Assembly (NCBI GenBank): GCA_030141605.1
Contig: JAQGDQ010000839.1
Span: forward strand, 25,321-89,320
Direction: 5' to 3'
From: Tubiluchus corallicola
Lineage: Eukaryota > Animalia > Priapulida
DNA: 64,000 nucleotides
The stretch's first letter is position 1, and each line of letters begins with the position of its first letter. Of the stretch, positions 37,823 through 51,989 are shown in pieces. The notes below the pieces were generated by a model. That model was not told the origin of the DNA and did not search any database. It saw only the letters and a list, made by a program, of their open reading frames with translations. The position numbers were made by a program, and so were the translations under genes.

Positions 37823-38203
37823 ATGTGACATAGGTAAGACGTGACATAGGTAAGATGTGACATAGGTAAGATGCGACATTGGTAAGACGTGAGGTAAGAT
37901 GCGACATTGGTAAGACGTGACATAGGTAAGATGTGACATTGGTAAGACATGACTTAGGTAAGATGTGACATAGGTAAGATGTGACATAGGTAAGATGTGA
38001 CATAGGTAAGACGTGACATAGGTAAGACGCGACATAGGTAAGATGCGACATAGGTAAGATGCGACATAGGTAAGACGTGACATAGGTAAAATGTGACATA
38101 GGTAAGACGTGACATAGGTAAGACGTGACATAGGTAAGACGTGACATAGGTAAGACGTGACATAGGTAAGATGTGACATAGGTAAGACGTGACATAGGTA
38201 AGA
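37823..38203. repeat. 16-bp minisatellite, about 24 copies
   Basis: Unit YgYgacataggtaaga. Confidence 0.95.
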
Positions 38204-38247
38204 ACACCTCAGTTGTGCCAAGCTACCTGGAATCTATAATCTATATT

Positions 38248-38666
38248 CAGGGTTCCCACGGTCAGGGGAAGTCCTTGAAAATTCAGGCTATCCTGGAAAG
38301 TCAGGGGAAAAGATAATTTGGTAAAAAATCAGGGCCAATGATGAAAATGGGGCGAAAAGTCGGCAAAATTGGAAAGGGTTGCAAAAATAATCACCGTGAA
38401 CCGATATTTTTGCACACATATTTTTCAGCGATTCGTGATAATAATTGGCATAGGCAAGTTTATTTATTATGATTAGTGTAATTTGGTTAGCACTACTAGA
38501 ACTGTGCCAACACATTATATACCAGTATATATATGAATGTCCATGCACTAAAATGTTTGAATGTGTATGCTGGTAATGTAATTTCTGCTTATCTTGGTCA
38601 TGAAAAATCGATATTTGGTCAGGGAAAAGTCAGAGAAATTTATTTTAAAATTCAGTGGGAACCCCA
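38248..38666. mobile_element. MITE with CAGGGTTCCCAC termini
   Basis: CAGGGTTCCCACG ... GTGGGAACCCCA; subterminal gtcagggaaa repeats; flanked by TATATT on both sides. Confidence 0.7.
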
Positions 38667-41142
38667 TATATTATTAAACCTGTCTTCATTTTTAGAAATT
38701 CGTAAGATTAAAGAGTTAAACAAAGATGCGCTTGTGTTTCAAAAACGACCACGTGAATAGAATTTATCAAGAGGATGCAGACTGCATATTTTGCCATCGC
38801 TTAAGGCCTTAATCACGAATATCAGAAAAAAATTTATTGCTGTAAAAGAAGCCATAGCAAGAATAATTTCCTCTCTTCGAAACTTCGTGGTTTCACTTAA
38901 TTCTGTATGTGATTGTCATTTATTACCCACGAATGCGGGTACTTATAGCATTAATTCATGCCATCTGGCGGCTGAAAGAGTTAACACATTAAACTGTTTC
39001 ATTTTATTGTAAGCTGTAAAAACAGCGGCCCAGCTGAATTAGAAGCCATGTTTTACAGTATTTATCCATTAGTGGACGTAAATAGTCCCTGGGGTTTAAT
39101 GAGTGCCGATGTTCTGATGATGTTAATTGCATCAACTACAAAATCATGAATGTATGTTGTGTTCAAGGCTCAAGCATGGGCCACTGTTTGGTTCTACCTG
39201 CACAGATCTCTCTCTCTCCCAAGCCTCTCACAGTTTGAAACTACCTCCCCAGCACCTCAAAACGAACGTCAGCATCCAGTTTGAATCAGAGCGTTGCACT
39301 CTGCTGTCTTTGCTCTCATTCGAACGTAAAAACCCAATGCCAACCATGCACCCGGAATAAATATTTCATGCAACCTCTTTGTGCAGAATCTGTCTCCTAA
39401 GATACAGGCTGTTTATGGCGTGTGATGTGTATCACTTTCACATTTTGCTTCTGCAAGAAACTTAATCTGTCAGCGTATTGATGCAGCCATGGACACAGTC
39501 ACGCAGCGCATAGCCTTCACTAACTTACTAGCTTTTGGTCTTTCACTGCTATTGCATAAGAAAATAACTTTTGCATAATTGATAAGATGAACGAAGACAA
39601 TTTCCATAAATTTGGTCATTTTTAACCTAATGGAAGTTGAACACAGTGAAGTCTCAGACATGTCTCCCACTGCTTTAGTAGCAGATGAATCAATGTCATT
39701 ATTTTCTCTTTAAATTATAGGCTAAGCATTAGTGCATGATCCTACCTCTGTGACGGTGGACCCCAGAACCTGAGCCAATTTTAAAAACCGTACGACAAGC
39801 ACTGTCAATGTTATTTTGTCTTTAAATTATAGGCTAACTATTAGTGTATGATCCTACCTCTGTTTCCAAATTCCAAAAGAAATATCTCTATATTATGTAT
39901 GTATTATTGATTAATAATTGTTTGATTTAAGTTTTTTTTATAATTATTGAAAACAGCAGGAGAGTAATATAGTAGATGAATTCAAATTACCTACTCTAAC
40001 CTAGTCATAAGTCATAAGTCATTTATTTCACATTACACATTTACAATAATTTCATGTACAATATCTAGTGAAAGGGCCTACAATGAACGTAATACAAATA
40101 AGAAATACTGCACAGGAAAAGCCTCAAACACTGTTCACTTATATACAAATGTAAATGTGTTGCGGGCAATCAAAAAGCAGGGCTTGTTAGATTGTCCCAC
40201 ACAGTGATAGAAAAAAAGTAATGGAAATAATCTGAAATTTTAAAGTGAATCGTGTGATAAAAAACTTTAGTGCTTAAAATGAAATGATGTAATGAATGAA
40301 GCTCATATATGGGACGATATAAAAGATAGAAAGACTATTATTTGTTAATAGTAAGTATTAACCTAGGCATAAATGCCTGTTTCTTTTTCTATGTTAGTTT
40401 CTTTATCATCCCCTGTTGAAAGCTGCCCCGTGTATAACTGCTTCGCCGTCATTACCGCCTTTAAAAAGATCATGATTGTAACTTAACGTGATTATAGTGT
40501 GTGAAATGGGCTAAAAAAGGCCAATAGTGAACATGCGGGTGTAGCGGACGATAATCACCCGTGCGTTTGTGCGGGAGTGCACCTGAACCGAATCATTCGG
40601 AAATGCGACTTAACCACATCCGGTTACGATCCCGGGTTCAGGGAGGTTTGATCAAATCCCGTAACCCGAGACGCTTGAACTCGGCTAGAGTGGGGTGTTC
40701 GTTTTTGTGAGAGTAATGTAACACTGATTTTGGACAGAGCAACCTTTTCTGGATCCACCATTGCAGATCTGTTTACGGCAAAGGTGTAATTTTCTATTCT
40801 GCCGCTGAAGTCATCTACATTGTGTTGTATTGGCCGGGTCCATTGTAAGTGTTTTCCTTGACTACCTTGAAATCCCAGGGGCTGAAAAAAGCGTCAGAAA
40901 TCGTACAGGTGTATTCTTTGTGACATTACACAGGTGCGTAATAAACAGGTGATTTGATGAGTATCACAACGTGGTGTCATAATAGCTTCATGATTTATTC
41001 ATCTGTGGTGGGTTATTTTGAGGAAAAAACACGAAATTCCACAATATCGGCAAAATTCGTGATACTGTTTCTAGGGAACTCCGTTTCTCTGTAAACACTT
41101 CAGTTCTTGTCACTCAAGTTTGTATGACTAGTCCAATTTAGT

Positions 41143-41160
41143 ACACACACACACACACAG

Positions 41161-41212
<52 letters not shown>

Positions 41213-41640
41213 ATAATAATCTTTATTTGCCATAAAAAATCGATATTCATAACTATAAAAGCATAAAAGAACATCGCAGCATGAGAATAAAATTCACACA
41301 ACTGTTAAAGGCAAATGCGTCCAGTGCAAACTAAAAACCACTGTGCCAAAAATTTAAAACAAAAATATACATTATAATATTACACTGAAATTATAATACA
41401 CTATATACAATATATACATACAATTTAAAAAGGACGTGGGTAAATAAAATTTGCGGATGAATGTATATTATCGTTTACGTATGTTGGGTTTTCAAAACGA
41501 TTTAATGTATGTAGTTTTAATTTTGATTTGAATTCGTCAAAAGATTCGATTTGTTTTAAATTTGATGGCAGGGTATTCCAAAGTTGAACTCCTTGTTTAG
41601 TGATAGAATTGTTGCCGTATTTGTTATTAGTACGGTATAC
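41143..41640 (-). mobile_element. 5'-truncated CR1/L2-group LINE 3' end with microsatellite tail
   Basis: Minus strand VYRTNNKYGNNSITKQGVQLWNTLPSNLKQIESFDEFKSKLK...RFENP; 3' UTR shared with the 5.2-kb copy; (CA)n(TA)n(TAA)n at its end. Confidence 0.8.
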
Positions 41641-42704
41641 ACCTATTACCTGCTCTAAAACAATGGATTACTGCCAACCTGTTATTAGAACCTAATTATC
41701 ACGCGTCGCCATCAGTAGCTTTTCTTTTCGAGGGACATTATGTTGTTTGATTAAAACCACAGAGGCGACCCCTGCAACTCTCATAGAATCCTGGGTTTCC
41801 AATCAGCAGCATTTCGTTAATCTATTAGAGACATTCGAGGCCATTAAATAAGAGATTTCTGCGACTATGACAGCTCTCTTGTGCTGGTGTTATATCTTCT
41901 GTGATGTTTTCAATAAGGATCACTAGAACTCATCTTTTACAGCATCTTTAAGTTGTAATCATCATCGTATTTTACGACTGACCATCCGGCTTTAATTTGG
42001 CACTTCTATGAACACTGAAGGTCAGAACCATGGAGCTTGACCGTACATATCTGAATTTGAACACTAATTCGAATCATATTAATAATGAACTGTATAACTG
42101 GTCATAACTATTCATGACCAAATGATGGATAATGATGCACATTGACAAGTCAGTATCCTTACGCATCCTGTTTAACGTCACTTCTACCACTAAATCATCT
42201 TTGATAGATAAAGGCTCGCTGTCGTCGTTCTATCAAGCATGTTATTAGATGCCGACGGCAGAATGCCCGTAAATTGATTTTATAAAATTAAATCCATTAT
42301 GAGTTGCTGATGTTAAAGAAACTCATTAAAATGTTGCCAAATTACATTTATATTGCACAACACACGGACTTTATATCATTCCGAGATCTAGGCTTGCGTG
42401 ATAAAACAATCTAAATTATATGTTTCACGTATAGAATGAGGCATTATTTCGAAGAATGGCTGCTCATAAATTTTCAAGGACTCTTAAAAATCTTTAGTTT
42501 TTTTTCTAGTACCCCTTGGCATGGTGTGGTTGGCCAGGGTGTAATAGGCTTGCTTCCTAATTTGCTGACTTCTGTTGTCAAAATAGTATATCTTCTTGTT
42601 CCGTGGTTTATATCATTCGAATTAACGTCCTGCTTTTCTGTTTAACGAAAAGTTTAAGCTGGTGATTGAGACGCCTCTGTCTGCCATGCCACGTGAAAGA
42701 TTGT

Positions 42705-43200
42705 TAGTTTAAACATAATTTATTTTTGGATTGGATCAGACAGTTTGAACAACATGATTTAGGATCCTCACCACAACAGACTTTATACACTATTTACAAA
42801 AACATTTACTGTAAGAATAGACTATAACTACACAAGCTGACAAGTTTTACTACAAGATTACATTAGACATTAGTTGAAAATGACGGTTAGAAAATATTAA
42901 TGTGCGATTATTTAAAACTGATGCATTTCATATCAGATAGAAACTACTGGAAGCGTTTAGTACGTAATATAAAGTCATGTATGCATTAGAATATTTTACA
43001 GATAGCAACATAGTTAAATTCATCTTTTCCGAATAACAGCAACTTCAACAGATCATTATTTCCTAAGGCAGCTATATTAAGGTTTTCAGGCAGAAGTATT
43101 TCATTTAATTCATCAAACATAACAACCCTAGTTTGCTGATACAATGGGCAGTGCAACAAAAAGTGTTCAACAGACTCAAATCGAAATCCACAGTTACAAT
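42705..43200 (-). mobile_element. 5'-truncated CR1-group LINE 3' end with zinc-knuckle-like motif
   Basis: CNCGFRFESVEHFLLHCPLYQQTRVVMFDELNEILLPENLNIAALGNNDLLKLLLFG; same family as the 8.9-9.4 kb and 57.0-57.5 kb copies. Confidence 0.85.
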
Positions 43201-44534
43201 TCGGCAATATTGGATGACCGTTATTATCTTTACAGCCAGTCGTATCGTCAGTCTGGTCCTCTGCCTGACTTAAAGCCATCGAAGGTCAGTTGCTAGTTTA
43301 AGCCCCTTATCGCTAATTTAATGCTAGGTGTTTTTGTGGACGTCCTTTGACCGTTGGTTCTCAAATGCCATTTTTTCACAGTAGCCATATTGCTGTGTTT
43401 TCACCCTTGGCATTCACGGATATAGAACGGCTACTTATAAATGCAGTTTTTCCCTCGGATCTCATCTATGGAATTCTTTGCCATAACATTTTTCCAGTTT
43501 CACTCATTTCAAGAAGGATGTGCTCCGTCCTACCGACACTCAACAAATTAGTTGCAAGGAATCGATTTTCTGGACGGCAATGGGATAATTTCTTCTTTTG
43601 GGTTACTGCAGCCGTTTCTCTGAGACGGGGGGGGGGGGTGTCAGTTTCTTTTTCTGTTTGTTGGAAGTCTCACACTAATCAAAGAACAAAATGAGTCTAT
43701 TAAATTGCCTTCGACTTGTCCAAGATAACTTACCCAGGATGATATTGCAAAGATTAACAGTGCGCGCTGTCCTTAGCATCACAATTATACAGTAACATTA
43801 TATTATTACCCAGATGGCTTCCCGATGAACTCCTCCAGAGGGAAACCTGGCACGCCATCACTTTCAAACACGATTTTTTGCCATTCCTCGCGGAGCATCA
43901 TAGTACGCACATCGTGTTATCATCATCATCTCCATTCATGAAAAGGATGCGGAATGCAGCAGCATCCCGCTATTGGATTACACGCCACGGTTGACTGACA
44001 GCAGGCTGCACACGCGATAATTTTTCAAGCCTCCACTCGGTACCTTCCCATAGAGTACTGAAGCCTCACATTAGTCACACTGCACTATAATTATATCTAT
44101 ACCTGAGTGGCAGATTTCTATTGGCACAGCTATCAGAAATTGGCTTCCCTGAACCCGTTTACTTGAGTTCTTGGTGGCATAGAAGCCATGTACTTATTTC
44201 ACTCACTACTTATTTTCTCTCTTCAAGTAATATAACAAGTAAATCTTCACATTAATAGGAGTAGAGAGCCATAATCGCTGCCTTCATTTACATGTTGTCA
44301 AAGCTTTTGCACGTTTGCAATATGTAAAACGATTTAATTTTATCTCACTTTGTTTCCTAGAGCTAGTAATCTCTTGATTAATGAATGGACAGGTGAATTT
44401 AAAGACGTAATACATACATTAGGTTAAAATTTATACTATACGTGAGGAAAAATGATCATAGTCTCGGTTTGCCGATGTCCAGATGTCCAGCGTTTTCACT
44501 GGACCCTCGTCTGGTCACCCACACACTACCGATT

Positions 44535-45628
44535 TATTTAGGTTTTATATAAACTACTTTTCCTGTATTTCTAAGCACTATTTAGGTTTTATATAAACCA
44601 CTTTTCCTGTATTTCTAAGCACGTTTAATATAAAGTACTCTTCGTGTATTTCTAAGCACGTTTAATATAAAGTACTCTTCGTGTATTTCTAAGCACGTTT
44701 AATATAAAGTACTCTTCGTGTATTTCTAAGCACGTTTAATATAAAGTACTCTTCGTGTATTTCTAAGCACGTTTAATATAAAGTACTCTTCGTGTATTTC
44801 TAAGCACGTTTAATATAAAGTACTCTTCGTGTATTTCTAAGCACGTTTAATATAAAGTACTCTTCGTGTATTTCTAAGCACGTTTAATATAAAGTACTCT
44901 TCGTGTATTTCTAAGCACGTTTAATATAAAGTACTCTTCGTGTATTTCTAAGCACGTTTAATATAAAGTACTCTTCGTGTATTTCTAAGCACGTTTAATA
45001 TAAAGTACTCTTCGTGTATTTCTAAGCACGTTTAATATAAAGTACTCTTCGTGTATTTCTAAGCACGTTTAATATAAAGTACTCTTCGTGTATTTCTAAG
45101 CACGTTTAATATAAAGTACTCTTCGTGTATTTCTAAGCACGTTTAATATAAAGTACTCTTCGTGTATTTCTAAGCACGTTTAATATAAAGTACTCTTCGT
45201 GTATTTCTAAGCACGTTTAATATAAAGTACTCTTCGTGTATTTCTAAGCACGTTTAATATAAAGTACTCTTCGTGTATTTCTAAGCACGTTTAATATAAA
45301 GTACTCTTCGTGTATTTCTAAGCACGTTTAATATAAAGTACTCTTCGTGTATTTCTAAGCACGTTTAATATAAAGTACTCTTCGTGTATTTCTAAGCACG
45401 TTTAATATAAAGTACTCTTCGTGTATTTCTAAGCACGTTTAATATAAAGTACTCTCCGTGTATTTCTAAGCACGTTTAATATAAAGTACTCTTCGTGCAT
45501 TTCTAAGCACGTTTAATATAAAGTACTCTTCGTGTATTTCTAAGCACGTTTAATATAAAGTACTCTTCGTGTATTTCTAAGCACGTTTAATATAAAGTAC
45601 TCTTCGTGTATTTCTAAGCACGTTTAAT
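44535..45628. repeat. 37-bp minisatellite, about 27 near-identical copies plus 2 diverged leading units
   Basis: Unit cacgtttaatataaagtactcttcgtgtatttctaag. Confidence 0.97.
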
Positions 45629-47801
45629 AAACAAAATTTGTCATTAAAACGTCAGTAATGTTTGCTTTAACTTAGCTTATAATTGCGCAAGTTGGTGTCG
45701 TTACATCATTGGTACATTGTATGGAAATTTAATGTTTGACCCTCAGACGGGCTGAAGCGCCGGTCAAATTTGCGCAGAGGCGTCCAGCCGAGCCAAAACT
45801 TTCATTTGTTTTACCACGTTTTTTCCCTTGCTGCACAGTTGGCTGGTTTTGGTATTGACACTACCATAATCGGGCGCATTTCATTCGGTGTAAGGTCTAG
45901 TATTTGTGTACTCACTCCTCGAAGGAGTCGCAGCCTCCAATGTTACGATTTATTCACGTGCAAAGGAAAAATTGCCAACCAATGAAGATCAGTTGATGCA
46001 TGCAAGAAAAAGCACAAACCTAAGTGGGCGAAGAGCTTTGCAAATATGCTACCGCTCCGCGTACTTGTTTTCCGTTCAAAGCTGGCAGAGTCATACATGT
46101 CTTGTAGCTGTCTTTGTTTGGAAATTTAATATACCTGTGATGCACGAGCATTGATATTTTTTTTTAAAAAAACTTCTTTTGTGAAGCAAGTAAGGAGTTA
46201 TCAAACTTGTCTCACCATTTTGCGAACTTTTCTAAATTTCAATTTTTTGCCGTGCTTTTGAAAATGATATTCTAATATTTACATTTATGCTTGAATTTTT
46301 TATCTTGAAAATTGAATTTTTAATTTTTCGTACCTGCTTTTCTGTAAAATTTGGTACGGGGACTGAAATAGTATAGTGAATGCTAAATGGGCTATGGACT
46401 TATTGCTAAAATCATTTATTGTGTTATATATGTATGTATGTAGTTTATTGGCTAAATCAAATTACATGATACACGAAGAACGAGGTAAATGCCACAATCG
46501 ATACATTGGTGATTTTAGTCCAAATGTCACTTTACGTACATTTCCTACTCGAAGTTACAGCATTAAAAACAGTGTTATGCATACAAGGTAATACTTAAAT
46601 TTTTTTAAAGAACACAACGGTCAATCTATAAGCAAAATGCCTATAAGCAGAACTGACGTCACACCATTTATACACTTTGCTACACGTCATTCACTTCATA
46701 CTAATTAGTACGTCAGTATGAAAGTTGCAGAATTTCATAACATATTATATAACAATTAGGATGCTCAAAGAAGTGAGTTAAATCAGCAAAGTTTACATTG
46801 TCGTAGCGGTTTCTAATATTTGATGATAGGGGGCGTGTCTGTATAACGTGTTTCTCAGTTTGAATGTCCCCACAAGGACATAACCTATTTTCCCTCGGCT
46901 ACCTCGCCCATCTACCCGTTTCTATCCGCAAAGATGTTTGTATCCGTTACAAGAAGTTTAAAAAACAATGGCTTTATACAAGATGACGTTTAAAAAACAA
47001 TGGCTTTAGACGGCTTTAGATTCTTTTGATTGTTAATTGCTTTGTGGTTTAAGTTGCAAAAATGTAAAAGAAAGACTAATATATTTGAATAAAATTTTCT
47101 ACGTAGCCTTATTTGTATAGAACAACTTGACGAAATAAGAAAGAATAGAAATATTTATAGATTTCACTGTAATATTTTTACTCTAGCTCTCGTTACAACC
47201 CTTACATACGTGCATTTTGCCTCGTTGCATTATCCGTCAGCTCTTTACTCTTTAGTCTGTTATAGTGTTAACTCTTTGTCAACTGTTTTTCGTAATTGTG
47301 TCGTAAAAATGATACGTTCGGACATGTTTTAGATAACTCTGTCCTTCCATTTTGTCTTGGTAAAAGCCGCGTTAGTCTTAAAAATAATTTACAGCCCGCA
47401 AACAAGCGAAGGTCTTTTTAATTTTTGCCGCGCGCCAGCGTTAAAAATATGAATAAGAACGCGGAGGAAAAACGCGCTGGGTTTTGCCTTTGTTTCACTG
47501 GCAAAACGTTCGAAATTTGGGGATCAGCAGAAAAGCAGGTGTTCGTTTATTTGCTGATTGGTATTTATACGCAGGTAATAGCGGTTCATGTCTGTCAGTG
47601 ATAGGCTAAAAGCTAATCAGTCAAAATGAACAGGTGAGGAGGCTGTGACGGCTCTTTTACCGCAGCTTCTTAACTCATCTCGTCACATAACGCATGATTA
47701 GATATTTGACAGACTATATGATGATTACATTTTGGCTAATAGTGCTTTTATTCGCACTTTCTGCGCTGCAATGTATTTGTTAAAAAATTACAGTTGAAAA
47801 C

Positions 47802-48238
47802 CAAAGAATGGATACTTTACGTTTTGTTAAATGTTGAAAAACAGCCTAGGCTAGGTCATCTACAAAGAATGGATACCTTACGTTGGTTTAAACGTTGAAA
47901 AACAGCCTAGGCTAGGTCATCTACAAAGAATGGATACCTTACGTTGTTTTAAACGTTGAAAAACAAAGTCTAGGCTAGGTCATCTACAAAGAATGGATAC
48001 CTTACGTTGTTTTAAATGTTGAAAAACAAAGTCTAGGCTAGGTCATCTACAAAGAATGGATACCTTACGTTGGTTTAAATGTTGAAAAACAAAGTCTAGG
48101 CTAGGTCATCTACAAAGAATGGATACCTTACGTTGGTTTAAACGTTGAAAAACAAAGTCTTGGCTAGGTCATCTACAAAGAATGGATACCTTACGTTGTT
48201 TTAAACGTTGAAAAACAAAGTCAAGGCTAGGTCATCTG
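47802..48238. repeat. 61-63-bp minisatellite, 7 copies
   Basis: Unit caaagaatggataccttacgttgKtttaaaYgttgaaaaaca(aa)gYctaggctaggtcatcta. Confidence 0.95.
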
Positions 48239-50214
48239 CGGATATTTTTACGCATGCGTATCACAGCTTTTTATGTTTTTGATATTTTCAACCATATACA
48301 GGTAGTAAATCTCGCTTAGAGTTATTTTAAATACTCATTAGTTTTGCGTATAATCGCGAGTCTTAGTTTTACAATGTAATTTAACACGGACATACTAATA
48401 ATTATTGCTCCTCAGTCATACGGACGTCAACACTTTTGCATCAAATAATTATTTATAGCTACATGGAGTCATTGTAATTCCGAAGGTTATGGCTCCTCTG
48501 TTAAGACGATATCTCTGCCTTAATCGCAGTGCATAGCCCCCAAAGATTGTTCCACCTGTACACCCATGTTAAAGCCGTGTTTTATAATTTAGAAATCCAT
48601 CATCCCTTTGGCGGCATTTGAGCTATTGATTAATGTCAAAGGCGTTTTTGCTACGCCATGTCCACAACTTCGAGCCGCTTTAATCTAGACAGTGATTTAC
48701 ACCCCTTTCGCGCCGGTTGAACGTTTGTTAAACGTCACCAGTTTACAGCTACAAACCACTGTAAAATTTTCTCGTGTTCGCATGCTGTGCTTCTATTATC
48801 GGAACTCTCTCTTTTAGTGCATTATTTTGCACTTAGTTTTTTCCAGTGGCTGAATTCGCTACGGGGAATCCCTAAGCAAAGTGTAATCAGTGTAGCGCGT
48901 GGCTGTAAACGCGGTAGGGAGTTCGACAAGGAAGCATCGCAGCGCCGCTACTGTTGTGATAATATTTCAGAAATGCTTTCTAACCCAGTTAATCACTTTT
49001 CACTTCATAAACTTTGCTCCCCGAAGGCAAAGTGAATTAACCAGCAATCATTAGCCAACCTATCAAATTAATTATGCTTTAATTATTAAGCTTGCCAACG
49101 AAATTCTTCTTCCATTCAATTTATGCTATCATTGTTCCATTACTGAAAAAGTTTGAAGTATCTGTTTGATGTGATGACAAATATAGGTGAATATTAGATT
49201 TCAAGAAAAGGATAGGAATGTTTAAAGTACAAGAAACACTCTTCGAGAAAAAAGCTTAAAAAATTCAAGTTGAAAGTTTATATCACTTACTGATTTTTTG
49301 CATACGGAGTTTCTATAAGTAATAAACTCCCGCTATGACCGTTAGGTGCAGCCATTTATTGTAAGTCAGTTGAAATAAGTTTAGATAACATTGCTTGAAA
49401 TTTGAAAAAATTATGAAAGCATAACTAAATTAAGTTCAAATTGCTTTATCTTGCCGCTAAGGTCAAGAATATGTTTTTTGATGAGCCAGTGGTGCACATT
49501 GGGATATCAATGCAATGACGACGTTTTACCAGGTGGCACGAGTATTTTAAATTATTAACATATTTCTTTTCAAATTACATAAGTCTTTGAAACAGGTAAG
49601 CGAAATGCTGAGAGAATGTAACTTTGTGTGGAACGTTATTTGGCATAATTACCAATTCTAATGTAAATTCACATAATCATCATAAATAAAAACAAAACAG
49701 CTTATAGAAAACACGACGAGAGTTGTAAAATTTCATCACGGGCGAAAGAGGATAAGAATTCCCCCTTAAAAATACCTAATTAGGATTGTGCGCAGTTATC
49801 TTTTACAACCACAAGTGCGATCCACCATCACCTGCCTCCCGTTTTTTTCTCTACCTGGAGGCTAGATGTTGTTAATGAAATACGTAACCGATTATTTTTT
49901 ATTTGGCGAGGAACCAAAGTCCGAAGGCTAAAGGGCCGCCTTTATGACGCATGTCCCACCTGCTGCCTACCTTTGATCGTGGTAAAGAGTTAAACAGCTC
50001 AAATCGCCTGTTTACTTTTATGCATAAGTCCCAGTAGTATCCGAGAGCGGAAATCCTGTGAGGTTCTTCTCACAGTCTCACGATTCCTAGAGAGTTTTTC
50101 CGCAGTCTAGTGTTCGTAGTCGTATGATACATTAACGTAAAATCAATCGCCATATATAGGAAAGTGATTAAATCTCTGTAAATTACATAATGAAATACAA
50201 GTGAAAATGGTTAT

Positions 50215-50565
50215 GTATATATATATATATTAATTCTTTATTTGTCATTAAAATGGTTCACTCATTATAATAAAATTGAGTAAGCCTCAGCGTAATGTTA
50301 AAATAACAACACTGTTCAAGACAAATGCGTCCAGTGCAGACTAAAAAAACTAAAGTGCAAAACTAAGGCCTAATTATGTACAATAAATGAACATATTTAC
50401 AAACACCATATTAAAATATTTTTACAAAACAATATTACAAAAGTACATTAAATTTTACACGACATATTTTACACTATATATACATTTGACATGACACAAT
50501 TAACAGAAACATGCTTTACATTATATAAATTTCACTCATTACATTTGCACTATTTATACATTTAA
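50215..50565 (-). mobile_element. LINE 3' UTR fragment (family of 11960-12677)
   Basis: High identity to 11968-12000 plus 12238-12460; motif gacaaatgcgtccagtgca; (TA)n tail. Confidence 0.78.
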
Positions 50566-50944
50566 TGTATAAAGGCAATTTTGCATCAAAAATTAAGAAA
50601 TGGAATCCTGTCTACTTCTCTGCCTTCTCATATGCAGTCATCAAATATTTGTCTAATGGCACAGACAGGCTGTTCCCTGCCTGATGGTCGTCTTTCTGCC
50701 TGACAGGTTAATCTCTTTGAATTCGTGGTAGTTTGGCTGCTTCGCTAACCGCTTCTGCTCGGGGATTTGGAACATTTCTTTTTATATTGTTGACGTTCGT
50801 CATGACTTCATCGATGGCCTGCTTCTTTTCGCGTGGTTTGTTTTTTGTTTCTTACGCGACAGGCTGACAACCTGCCTACTATCAGGCTGCATGGCTGCCG
50901 TTCATTTAATTCCTGCTTCAAATAGCATTGCTTCGGATACATAG

Positions 50945-51199
50945 ATGAAATTGTACATTATTACAATTCTGCTAAAGGATGTTAAACTTACTGTAGAAAC
51001 TGGGAACACGTTAGGAAGAAATTTTAGCACAAATATTGGGGTCCCCCAGGGGGACTGTCTTAGTCCAATACTTTTCACGTTCTACCTTGTAAATACACTT
51101 AAGATCAAAACTCCTCCAAATGATGATTATGATTACGATACCACTGTCTGTGGTAACCTTCCTCACCATATTCTGGATCACCCCTATCTCCATGTTTAA
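50945..51199 (+). mobile_element. Non-LTR retrotransposon reverse-transcriptase fragment
   Basis: FSTNIGVPQGDCLSPILFTFYL is the G.pQG..LSP.LF motif of non-LTR RT. Confidence 0.8.
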
Positions 51200-51530
51200 C
51201 TGGATGATTTTTTGGCGGTCTGTGTCGCGGCATAGCTGACTTTCTTCTCCTTTTCTATCCTTCGTTTTTTCATCGTGGTAAAAGAGTTAAGCAACTGAAG
51301 CCTTCCTGCATGGGCAGCCGGTCTATGCTAGATGTCGTGCTAACCTACTCTGCCTCCCTAAGGCAATGCATGTATACATTCAATTAATTATTCATCTTCC
51401 GATTAGTAGAGTCACTTGTGCTTACAACAACGTTTACAACAAGCCATTGTAAAAATTCGGCTCAGTTTTGCTAAGTGAAAAGCACCGTATAACCGTATAT
51501 TAATAAAAGGTTCCAATTTCTTTTGATTAA

Positions 51531-51989
51531 CCCTTTCAGTCCCAAATTATTTTTTAATAAGAAAGAAAATTTTTGATTTGGCGCTTTTGTTCAGTATGTC
51601 CATCTTGTTTACACATAATCATAATTTTTTTCTACCTGTGTCCGCGTGCTAAATATAGGCTGTATCCCACGGGATACATTGGGATTCAATGGAAGCATAA
51701 AATGTGCTTCATTTTGCAACTGCTGATAATTTTTAAAGTATTTAAGACATTTAGTATGCATGCTATGCTGATCTGTACAAAGTCGTCTCTAGAGTACTGT
51801 ACCTTGCGCAGTTTTTTATGCTATGGAGATTTTCTAGTTTGCCATTTTATCACCATTTTTAGTCTATTGTTATTGGTTTAAATCAAAATAATTATTAACA
51901 GATCAAATAACTGTCAGTTTTGAAATTTTATTAATTTTAAAGACAGAAAATATTCTCGTATCTCATGGGATACAACGGGTATGAAAGGG
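51531..51989. mobile_element. piggyBac-like MITE, copy 2
   Basis: TTAA|CCCTTTCA...TGAAAGGG|TTAA, about 460 bp. Confidence 0.9.

Noticed and set aside
45897-45960. VYSLLEGVAASNVT as a candidate next Jagged exon
   Set aside because: Only vague similarity to SYTLLVEAWDSSNDT; the nearest AG gives the wrong frame for a phase-0 junction, with no pyrimidine tract or suitable donor.
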